Positions 19,077 through 27,820 of a stretch of 64,000 nt of DNA are shown one piece after another. The stretch is from Bacteroidota bacterium (GTDB lineage Bacteria; Bacteroidota; Bacteroidia; AKYH767-A; 2013-40CM-41-45). The translations under genes were made by a program, and so were the position numbers. Each line of letters begins with the position of its first letter. The stretch's first letter is position 1. The stretch lies in NCBI GenBank assembly GCA_016711505.1, contig JADJSV010000002.1, positions 442,839 through 506,838 of the forward strand, in the 5' to 3' direction. Under the pieces are notes generated by a model, which did not search any database, was not told where the DNA came from, and worked only from the letters and a program-made list of their open reading frames with translations.

Positions 19077-19190
19077 GATATTTTGTTTTCTTTAAAATGT
19101 TACAATGAATTAATTAAAATTTAGCTTGTATTTTACAATTATATTAATTTCATTCCATATATTCAACTTGCTGTGCTTTTATAAATTGTT

Positions 19191-20547
19191 TTAATTAGCA
19201 GACATTTCAAATAATTTACTTTCCAGATCTTTACTTTCTAATTCTGCGACTTTTGCAATTTGTCTGTCAATATTTAAAAACTGTAATGATAGCCAAGCTA
19301 TTGAAATAAATATTGCAAAGGCGAAAAGTGAAATTTGCCAGTTGAAATTTTCTCTGATAGGTCCAATTAAAGCTGCAAAAGTCATTTGTCCGAGGTTTGC
19401 AATTGTCATGAATAATGTAAATTGACTTGTTGATACTTTTTCCAACAACATTGCATTGCAATGGCAAGATGCCAATGCTGGCAAAAGTGTACAATATATT
19501 TTGAGTAATCATAAAAGCAAAAATAAAGTTTCTGCTAGGCCAATAAGATTTTGATAAGACCAGTGTCATTATTAAAAAGATCGAACTTAAAAAGTAAAAG
19601 TTCATCATACGTTTTTTGCCAAACTTGTCAATCAAAAGTCCGCCAATTAGCATTCCTACAATCCCTCCAACTAGTTTTGCAGATGCAAAATAATTTGAGT
19701 AGTCCACATTTGTCCAGCTTAATTCTTTTACAGTAAAAATAGGAAGTAGTGTGGAAACATATTTAAAGCCACCTTGGCTGATGAATAAAACTAAAGCGAT
19801 GATTAGTGAGTTTCGTAATCTAAATACGCTGAATAAAGATTTGAAAATGTGTCGCCAACTTTCTATTTGTAGATTTTTTGTTAAAGGTGATGCTTCGCCT
19901 GAAGTCCATGGTACAATTTTCTCACCCTGTCGTTCTCTTAAAAATAAGGGCACAAGCATAATAATGCCAATAGCAACAGCCATCATTAGTATCGCAATAG
20001 TAAAATTGTATTTGTTTAATAGCCAACTTCCGAGAGCCAATGAAAGAGACATTCCAATAATTTTTGAGCCCCACATCAAGCCATTTGCTTTTGCTTGTTG
20101 GTCGGCAGGAATAATATCTACTGCCATACCATCGGTAGCGACATCCTGGAATGCCCCGAAAAACGAAACAAAAAAACCGGCAATCATCAATTGGTCAATA
20201 TTGTTTAAAGGTTCAGGGATATAAGCCAAATAGATACAACTTACCAGTAAGCCTATTTGTCCTAAAAGTATCCAAGGTCTTTTTCTTCCCATGGGCAGAT
20301 AATTATATCGGTCCATTAGAGGTGCTACAATAAATTTAAAGCTCCATGGCAAAACTGTTACTACGGCAAAGCCTGCTATTTCTCCGGGTGATTTACCATT
20401 CATTACCATCCAGGCCGGTATGCCGAAAGAGAGCATTCCTTCAGGAACGCCTTGCGCACAATACAATACTATAGAAGTGATATAACGTAAAAAAGAATTA
20501 TCGGTAAGCGATGTTTTTCTTTTTGTTTTAATTGTCTGGTAATTCAT
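19191..20547 (-). pseudogene. ampG: AmpG-like MFS (muropeptide) permease with two close frameshifts near the C-terminus
   Basis: Multi-TM MFS body (..LYCAQGVPEGMLSFGIPAWM.., ..FQDVATDGMAVDI..). Three frames must be chained: ..YTFASIGI | LAIAMQCCWKK | VSTSQFTLFMTIANLGQMTFAALIGPI... Shift sites are at about 19462-19470 and the T5 run 19437-19441. Confidence 0.6.
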
Positions 20548-20795
20548 TGTAGGCTTGGTGTCTTGTGGGTGAAAATTGTAGATAGAGTGGATGATTTAAT
20601 ACAACAGATTTAATTTACTCTAATTACAAGTATATTACTTTAATCCATACTTTTAACTTGATTTGTTTAATATTAGAAATAAACTGAATTATCTTAGTTA
20701 GTTGAAAAAATATCAGGCAATTTATCTGTTTTCAGCTACACTCATGCTTGCTAGTTTCTTTAAAGTTGTATTTTTGAAAAATTATATCACTATCT

Positions 20796-23573
20796 ATGAA
20801 GCAAATTTTTACCATCATATTTTTCTCAATTTGTACTATTATAACTCAGGCTCAGAAATTTCCCGATGAAATTCAATTGAGCAGTGATGGAAGAATGCTG
20901 AAAACAGGACATCTTCCGAATACCGGCTTATACGATCAATCTGTAATTAATGAGATTCATTTGAATTTCCCTCAGAATGATTACTGGGATGATCTTGAAG
21001 ATAATTTTGATGACGGTATCGATCTTGCTGCGCAACTAATTTTTAATGGCGAAGCATTTGATAGTGTTGGTGTGAGATTCAAAGGAAGTTCATCGTACAA
21101 CAACATCGGAACCTCGCCGAAAAAATCGTTCAATATTTCAATGGATGCCTTTATTGAAGGACAGGAGTTGCTGGGTTATGGAACATTGAATCTGAATAAT
21201 TGTTATCATGATCCGTCCTTCCTGCGTGAGATCACCTATCAGAATCTGATAAAGGATCATGTAGTTACAACAAAAGGAAATTATGTTCACCTTTTTATTA
21301 ATGGGCAGGATTGGGGTCTGTATGCAAATGTACAGCAAGTAAACAAGGACCTTTATAAGGAGTGGTTCTATACAAACGATGGTGCAAGCTGGAGATGCAA
21401 GCGTCCGCCAGGTAGTCCTGCAAGTTCCGGCAGTGATGGTGATGGCACAGCTGCACTAAATAATCTTGGAACCGACAGTACAGATTATCAGCCGTATTAT
21501 TATTTGAAATTTTCGGATCAACCGGATCATTGGACAAAGTTGGTTCAGCTTTGTAATGTGCTGGATACTGTTTCACCGTCCAGAATGGCAAACATCCTAA
21601 GCGATTATCTGGATATTGATCGGGCACTCTGGTTTCTGGCAAGTGAAATTGCCTATTGCGATGACGATAGTTATGTGCTTAAAGGTAAAACTGACTACTA
21701 TATTTATTTTGAACCTGAATCCGGACGTATTGTTCCAATAGAAATGGATGGCAACGATGCATATGATGTAGACTTTACAACTTCATGGGGACCATTTTAT
21801 CATTCTACTGATGTTAACTATCCTCTCCTCGAAAGAATTTTATCTGTTCCTGAATTCCGTCAGCGGTATATTGCTCATTTAAAAACAATCATCAGCGAGG
21901 ATTTTAATCCTGCAACTACTTTCCCAAAACTTGATCAGTATTATGATATGATTGAAGATATCGTTTTGAATGATCCTATAAAAATTTATACTGATGCAGA
22001 ATTTGAAGACGAGATTGATGTGATAAAAGATTTTATTACCGACAGACGTACATATCTTTTGGGAAATTCTGAAATGAATGAAGTTGGTCCTGTAATTACA
22101 AATGTTATATACAAAACGGATGATACCTTATGGAAGATTCCTGTAAGTATGCAAGATGTAAATGTAAACGCAAGTGTAAGCAGAGCAGGCGGAGTTGATA
22201 TTGTATATCTGTACTATTCCGATCTGCTTACAGGGAAATTTTCCAAGATCACAATGCACGATGATGGTTTGCATGAAGATGAATTAGCAGGAGATCATGT
22301 CTACGGTGCAGAGATTCCCGGGAGAATAGCCGGCACAAGGGTTCGGTTTTATATAGAAGCTATTGCAGATAACTCTGATAAAACTGCCAGCTACAATCCC
22401 GTAGGCGCAGAACAGGATGTTTATACTTACTATGTTAATCCAAGCCGGAGTGCCGATAGTTCAGTTGTACTGAATGAGATCATGGCAAAGAATGAAACCA
22501 TAGTTACGGATAGTCTTGGTCACTATGAAGATTGGATCGAATTGTACAATCGGTCTAATTCACCTGTGGATCTCAGCGGTTATTATCTGACCGATGATAC
22601 ATTGAATATTCGAAAATGGGAAATGCCGGCGGGTACTATTATTCAGCCGGATAGTTTTTTAATTATCTGGACTGATGAAGATGGTGAAGAAGGATTGTAT
22701 CATGCAAATTTTCAGATGTCAGGAGATGGTGAGAGAATTACTTTGTTGAATTCAGTCCTTGAAATTGTTGATGTAGTAGAATTCGGAATTCAGCAAACTG
22801 ATCTGTCATTATCACGACTTCCAAATGGTATGGGGGATTTTGTAATACAAGCGCCAACTTTTTATGCCAATAATAATCCTGTTGTAGTAGCAGGTTTTGA
22901 GATGACAGATTCTGCAGGATGTGCGTCGCTTACAATTGCCTTTACTAATATGTCTGTTAATGCTAGTTCATACTTCTGGGATTTTGGTGATTCAATAAAT
23001 TCTGCTTTAATTTCTCCGACACATATTTTTAGTCAGGCCGGTACTTACATTGTAAAATTGGTTGCAACACAAGGAATGTTCATGGATTCAATTTATCGTA
23101 CAGTTGTTGTTCATCCTATACCAATACTTGATTTTGGTGTCGATACAATTCACAGTTCTGCAGCTGCCTATCAGCTTAATTCTCCCGGAATATTTCAGAC
23201 TTATTTCTGGGGTGCAGGCAACACTGATTCATCATTATTGGTTGATACTGAAAACAGTTATTGTTTACTTGTTACAGATTCTAATTCATGCCAGATGTTT
23301 GATTGCGTTTTTGTGGATTTATTTTTTGTTGGTATAGATGATGTTTCTTCTCAATCAGGGATTTCAATTTATCCGGATCCGGCCAATGAGTATATTAATA
23401 TTTCTACTTCGCAAAATGAGTCAGGGAATCTGACGATCTTTAATATTTTAGGTGAAATTGTCTATGAAAATTATATGGAAAAACGGATTCTGATTCATAC
23501 AGAAAATTGGGAAAATGGTATCTATTTTTTCAGAGCTGGAAGTAGAACAGGAAAATTCATGGTAAATCATTAA
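20796..23573 (+). CDS. CotH-family protein with lamin-tail (LTD) and PKD domains and a T9SS sorting tail
   Basis: Signal peptide; CotH-like ..VGVRFKGSSSY..KKSFNISMD..LNLNNCYHDPSFLREITYQNLI..YVHLFINGQDWGLYANVQQVNK... LTD ..LNEIMAKNETIVTDSLGHYEDWIELYNRSNSPVDLSGYYLTDD... PKD ..YFWDFGDSINS..HIFSQAGTYIVKLVAT... Tail ..ISIYPDPANEYINIS..GIYFFRAGSRTGKFMVNH. Confidence 0.8.
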   Translation: MKQIFTIIFFSICTIITQAQKFPDEIQLSSDGRMLKTGHLPNTGLYDQSVINEIHLNFPQNDYWDDLEDNFDDGIDLAAQLIFNGEAFDSVGVRFKGSSSYNNIGTSPKKSFNISMDAFIEGQELLGYGTLNLNNCYHDPSFLREITYQNLIKDHVVTTKGNYVHLFINGQDWGLYANVQQVNKDLYKEWFYTNDGASWRCKRPPGSPASSGSDGDGTAALNNLGTDSTDYQPYYYLKFSDQPDHWTKLVQLCNVLDTVSPSRMANILSDYLDIDRALWFLASEIAYCDDDSYVLKGKTDYYIYFEPESGRIVPIEMDGNDAYDVDFTTSWGPFYHSTDVNYPLLERILSVPEFRQRYIAHLKTIISEDFNPATTFPKLDQYYDMIEDIVLNDPIKIYTDAEFEDEIDVIKDFITDRRTYLLGNSEMNEVGPVITNVIYKTDDTLWKIPVSMQDVNVNASVSRAGGVDIVYLYYSDLLTGKFSKITMHDDGLHEDELAGDHVYGAEIPGRIAGTRVRFYIEAIADNSDKTASYNPVGAEQDVYTYYVNPSRSADSSVVLNEIMAKNETIVTDSLGHYEDWIELYNRSNSPVDLSGYYLTDDTLNIRKWEMPAGTIIQPDSFLIIWTDEDGEEGLYHANFQMSGDGERITLLNSVLEIVDVVEFGIQQTDLSLSRLPNGMGDFVIQAPTFYANNNPVVVAGFEMTDSAGCASLTIAFTNMSVNASSYFWDFGDSINSALISPTHIFSQAGTYIVKLVATQGMFMDSIYRTVVVHPIPILDFGVDTIHSSAAAYQLNSPGIFQTYFWGAGNTDSSLLVDTENSYCLLVTDSNSCQMFDCVFVDLFFVGIDDVSSQSGISIYPDPANEYINISTSQNESGNLTIFNILGEIVYENYMEKRILIHTENWENGIYFFRAGSRTGKFMVNH

Positions 23574-23662
23574 TGAATGGGTAATTAATTCCCATGGTTT
23601 TTGTTTGGAATTAGAAGATTTTTTTAACTTTGATAATAAGTTAACAATCAAATTCCACAAAC

Positions 23663-24430
23663 ATGAAACTGAAAAAATTACTCTTGATTATTCTTTTGAC
23701 TATCCCTCTTGTGCAGATGTCGAAAGGGCAAATAACCTATTGCGAACCATCTTTCAATCAAGGTTGCTTTGGATGGAACAATCAGGAAATTTCACTTGAC
23801 AGTATCCAGTGGACACTTGGTAGTACAGATTGTACAATTTCGGATTATACATCGATGTCAACTACATTAGTTAAAGGCATCGCAACACCGATGACTGTTT
23901 TGAACGGAGCCTGGTGTGGAGTAGGTGTATGGATCGATTATGATCTTAACGGCGACTTTGATTCAACAGAAAATCTGTATTATCAATATACTGCCGGAGA
24001 TCCGCAGACATACAGCTTTCTGATTATCGTTCCGAATACAGTTGCTGATGGGGCATATAGAATGCGTGTAATAGCAGGTTGGGGAACTGATTGCTATACG
24101 GTAAGTGCAAATGGATATGGTGCTTGCGGGTTATATGAGTATGGGAATTTCGATGACTTTACAGTTAATATAACTTCTAATGTCGGAATAACGGAAACTA
24201 AGTTGACTGATCTTAGCATATATCCAAATCCTGCGAGTTCGATGCTAAATCTGAATTCGAATTTAATAGGAGAATCATATTCGATTATAGATCCTTTAGG
24301 GAAAGTAGTTTCGAAGGGAACAATTAACTCATTGAATAGTTCAATTGATATTAACAATTTAACGAATGGGGTTTATTTGCTTTGGATAAATCAAAAGGTC
24401 AACAAGGCTTTCCGCATTTTGAAAAATTAA
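23663..24430 (+). CDS. T9SS cargo protein with GEVED-like domain
   Basis: Signal peptide MKLKKLLLIILLTIPLVQMSKGQ. ..GAYRMRVIAGWG..CGLYEYGNFDDFTVNI.. resembles the GEVED domain. Tail ..LSIYPNPASSMLNLNS..GVYLLWINQKVNKAFRILKN. Confidence 0.65.
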   Translation: MKLKKLLLIILLTIPLVQMSKGQITYCEPSFNQGCFGWNNQEISLDSIQWTLGSTDCTISDYTSMSTTLVKGIATPMTVLNGAWCGVGVWIDYDLNGDFDSTENLYYQYTAGDPQTYSFLIIVPNTVADGAYRMRVIAGWGTDCYTVSANGYGACGLYEYGNFDDFTVNITSNVGITETKLTDLSIYPNPASSMLNLNSNLIGESYSIIDPLGKVVSKGTINSLNSSIDINNLTNGVYLLWINQKVNKAFRILKN

Positions 24431-24452
24431 TACTTGGAATCCATGATAAAAA

Positions 24453-24477
24453 AGCACTCTTCCGGAGTGCTTTTTTT
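24453..24477 (+). terminator. Rho-independent terminator
   Basis: AGCACTC (24453-24459) pairs with GAGTGCT (24465-24471), followed by a T-run to 24477. Confidence 0.6.
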
Positions 24478-24536
24478 ATTTAAAGGTGGCATAGAAATTT
24501 AGGGGAAGTTTCTGCTAAACTCTGTTTAGTTTTTTT

Positions 24537-24929
24537 ATGAATAACCTAAACAGATACCCCGCTTTAGAAGAGCTATATGATAAATATGGTCGGACAGTTT
24601 ATGGAATCGTATTGAGGTTTAAAATTTCTATTCCTGAAGCGGAGGAGATCGTATGTGAGCTCTTCAGGAATTTAGACTTAAAAGAAATTGAACAATTGAA
24701 AAATATTTCAGTGCGACAATTTTTAATCTCACATACAATTGAATTTGTACGAAATAAAAAAGGCGAAGTTAAAATGGAAAGTGATCTTCACAATGTGACT
24801 TACATGAACGAAATTCTCTATAAGCAAAAGTCGCTTGAAGAATTATGCAATGATAACCAAAAGAGCAGAGCAGAACTTTTTAAAGCAGTAAGACGTGAAC
24901 TTCAAATGAGATCAGGCTTTATTAAATAA
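24537..24929 (+). CDS. Hypothetical small helical protein
   Basis: 130-aa ORF with an ATG start. No family recognised. Confidence 0.4.
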   Translation: MNNLNRYPALEELYDKYGRTVYGIVLRFKISIPEAEEIVCELFRNLDLKEIEQLKNISVRQFLISHTIEFVRNKKGEVKMESDLHNVTYMNEILYKQKSLEELCNDNQKSRAELFKAVRRELQMRSGFIK

Positions 24930-24976
24930 CGAAGATTATACGGTTTCGAAGATATTTAGTGTCTAACATTGGAAAT

Positions 24977-26896
24977 CTATTTCTCCACAAAATACATATC
25001 AATCTCGCCCTTACCCTTAGCCTGAATCTTTCCTCTATGCTGGAATTTAAATTTGTCTTTTACCATTTCATAGGTAGTACCTGAAATATTTACTTTGCCT
25101 ATTTCGCCGCTGCTTTCCATTCTGCTGGCAGTATTTACAGTATCACCCCAGATGTCATATGCAAATTTCTTTACTCCGACAATTCCTGCTACGACCGGTC
25201 CGGTATGAACTCCTATTCGGATCTCAAAAAATAATTGTCCTGCAGCAGCCTTCTTTGCTTTGTGAGCGTCCATAAATTCGCGTACTTCAATGGCAGCATT
25301 AACAACATCCACTGCGTGAGTTTGATTTGGTGTAGGTAATCCACCCGCTGCCATATATGCATCACCGATGGTTTTTATTTTCTCTACCCCATACTTTGTC
25401 ATGATGTGATCGAAAGCAGAAAAACATTCGTTGATCTCATTTACTAATTCTTTCGCGCTTAATTTTTCTGACAATTGAGTGAAGCCTTTAAAGTCAGTGA
25501 ACATTACAGAGATCAGATCAAAGCTCTGAGGTTGTGCTGTGCCGGTTAACTTTAACTCTTCTGCAGTTTCCTCAGGAAGAATGTTCAGGAGTAATTCGTC
25601 GCTTCGTTTTTTCTCTTTGCTGATCTTGTTTCGTTGACCAAAAAAGATGAATGCAAAACATCCGACTACTAAAAATCCTCCTACGAAACCATTCCGGATT
25701 AACTTCTGACGTTTGATTGTCTGATCCTGGATCACTTTATCTTTTGTAAGTAAATTGATCTGTGATTCCTTTTTTTCGAGATCAAAAGTGAACTGAAGTG
25801 TTCCTAGTTTTTTATCTGTATTAATATTATAGATGGTATCCTTAATTGATAACAACAGATTTTGATATTTGAAGGCATTTGAATAATCGTTTTTCTGCGA
25901 ATATGCCTGTGCTAAACCTTCATATGCATCTTTCACTTCCATATTTGCATTCAAAGATTTTCCGATATCGACTGCTTCAAGAAATCTTTTGATCGCAAGT
26001 CCAAGATCGCCTTTAGCAAGATATGCCTGAGCCAGTCCTACGAGTGATTGTGTTTTGTCAAGTTTCGTATCTAGTTTTTCGGAAATATTCAGTGCTTCTA
26101 AATGGGTCTCTATCGCTTTTGAATATTCTTTTTGTCTTACATAAACACGACCCTGATAATTTAGTGCATAAGGAAGATCTTCAGTGCCGGCATAAGCTTT
26201 TTGAGCCTCATTGAGATAAACCATTGCAGTAGAATCGTCATTTAGGCGATAGTACAGTTCCCCCAGATTAACAGCAGATGTTCCAATCATATATTTGTCG
26301 TCAATCAGCTTGCTTAATGTATAAGCTCTTTTAAAATTGTCGATTGCTTTCTTATATGTAGCAGATTTGTTCAGATAAATGGCACCTATGTTGGTAAGCG
26401 AAGTGACAATGCATAAGGTGTCATTTACATCTTCTGACATTTTCAATGATTGTAAATGCAACTCCAGTGATTTATCATCATCACCCTGATTGAAATAAAC
26501 TGCACCCTGCTTACTCAGCATATTTGCAACTCCAACTTTATCACCATTTGATTTATATACCTCCAGGGCTTTTTGCCAGGTATTGATTGCATCGATATAA
26601 TTTCCTTGCAGATAATATGCAATTCCCATATTTTTTAAAGCAAGAGCCAGACCCGGTTTGAAGTTTATTTTTTCAGCAAGTTCTTTAGAGGAATTTGCAA
26701 TTTTTACTGACGTATCCGGAGCAACGTTAAAATAACTTTTGCTCAGAGCATTTAATACAGTTACTCTGGTGGTATCGGGAAGTTTTGTTTTTAATAGTTC
26801 TTTTAAACTGTCAGAATCACTTGCAGGAATATTTGTATTGCTAAATAAAAAACTGATTAAAAAGAATAGAATAAACCAATGTTTTTTGTTTATCAT
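24977..26896 (-). CDS. TPR-repeat / single-TM / class III adenylate (guanylate) cyclase
   Basis: Signal/anchor, then about 8 TPR units (..GNYIDAINTWQKALEVYK.. and similar), a TM helix GFVGGFLVVGCFAFIFF, and a cyclase domain ..ISVMFTDFKGFTQLSE..KTIGDAYMAAGGLP..IRIGVHTGPVVAGIVG..YDIWGDTVNTASRMESSG... Confidence 0.85.
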   Translation of the reverse strand: MINKKHWFILFFLISFLFSNTNIPASDSDSLKELLKTKLPDTTRVTVLNALSKSYFNVAPDTSVKIANSSKELAEKINFKPGLALALKNMGIAYYLQGNYIDAINTWQKALEVYKSNGDKVGVANMLSKQGAVYFNQGDDDKSLELHLQSLKMSEDVNDTLCIVTSLTNIGAIYLNKSATYKKAIDNFKRAYTLSKLIDDKYMIGTSAVNLGELYYRLNDDSTAMVYLNEAQKAYAGTEDLPYALNYQGRVYVRQKEYSKAIETHLEALNISEKLDTKLDKTQSLVGLAQAYLAKGDLGLAIKRFLEAVDIGKSLNANMEVKDAYEGLAQAYSQKNDYSNAFKYQNLLLSIKDTIYNINTDKKLGTLQFTFDLEKKESQINLLTKDKVIQDQTIKRQKLIRNGFVGGFLVVGCFAFIFFGQRNKISKEKKRSDELLLNILPEETAEELKLTGTAQPQSFDLISVMFTDFKGFTQLSEKLSAKELVNEINECFSAFDHIMTKYGVEKIKTIGDAYMAAGGLPTPNQTHAVDVVNAAIEVREFMDAHKAKKAAAGQLFFEIRIGVHTGPVVAGIVGVKKFAYDIWGDTVNTASRMESSGEIGKVNISGTTYEMVKDKFKFQHRGKIQAKGKGEIDMYFVEK

Positions 26897-27041
26897 TTCT
26901 GTGCGTATTTGGGTGTGGTTTGTAAATCTAATAAAATACGTTCTTTCAAAAGTGATTTTCTGATTATTTTATAAAGAATTGCCCGTCAATAAAAATGTTG
27001 ATTTATTCAGATAGCGCAAATTGGATAAAAAAGGTAGGGTA

Positions 27042-27452
27042 TCAGTTGGAATCAGAGCTTATTTCTTCGTTAATTTTTCCAATCCATTTCCTGCTACCCC
27101 AAAAAACAACGCAGGAAGCAAGAAAACGTAAACCCCAATAAATTATCCCCTTAAATCCGGTATGAAGGACGTAATCAGTATAGCTATAGTAACAAAATAT
27201 AGAAGTGCATAGAAAGGAAAAACTAATTAGCATAATAATTACTGCCCAAAATTTTACCAACCTTGACAGAGAATAATGCTTGAAAATTATTGCATATAGA
27301 ATAATGAAAACAAGAATCAACATAACGGATTCAAGGTAAAATTCAATTGCAGATTGAGCAGTCGTTATTTTTTTTATCCACTCATATACAAATAGGAAAA
27401 TAATTGCAAGTAAGAAAGAGAGATACCACTTACTTGTAATAGTGCTTTTCAT
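27042..27452 (-). CDS. Small 4-TM membrane protein, unknown function
   Basis: 136 aa with four hydrophobic helices. Confidence 0.45.
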   Translation of the reverse strand: MKSTITSKWYLSFLLAIIFLFVYEWIKKITTAQSAIEFYLESVMLILVFIILYAIIFKHYSLSRLVKFWAVIIMLISFSFLCTSIFCYYSYTDYVLHTGFKGIIYWGLRFLASCVVFWGSRKWIGKINEEISSDSN

Positions 27453-27531
27453 TTTTTGGATCTTCAGAACTATGACAATTTGCTAAAAATTTTTGATAAT
27501 AAATTTAAAAGCCATAAATTAATCATACAAC

Positions 27532-27764
27532 ATCCCGGTATACTAAATAATCCATTTACTCCTGGGCCAAAAAGAGCCATCTGTTCAAAATAATTCTATA
27601 ATCCCAATCCCGGTAATCCTATAATCCAAAAAAATCCCGGTAAAAAAAATTATCAAACCATAGCTGAAATATCTTAATCCAGTACTCAATAATCCTAGTA
27701 TCCTAGTATCCTATAATCCTATAATCCTATAATCCTAATATCCTATAATCCATTAATCCTAATC
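27532..27764. repeat. Low-complexity tract of AATCC-containing words, including an 8-nt-period array and three ATCCCGGTA sites
   Basis: ATCCCGGTA occurs at 27532-27540, 27607-27615 and 27634-27642. At 27690-27764 the sequence reads AATCCTAGTATCCTAGTATCCTATAATCCTATAATCCTATAATCCTAATATCCTATAATCCATTAATCCTAATC. Confidence 0.65.
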
Positions 27765-27803
27765 AAAAAGGGGTGTCAAGCCTCTGCCTAACACCCCCTT
27801 TTT
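27765..27803 (-). terminator. Hairpin terminator just 3' of giant gene 1
   Basis: GGGGTGT (27770-27776) pairs with ACACCCC (27791-27797) and is flanked by A5 and T5, so a T-run follows the stem on either strand. Confidence 0.55.
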
Positions 27804-27820
27804 CATAATGCTCATTGATT

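Noticed and set aside
19751-20224. 157-aa plus-strand ORF and other plus-strand ORFs at 19551-20333.
   Set aside because: They are antisense to the AmpG-like permease, which has a convincing multi-TM translation, and they show no independent features.
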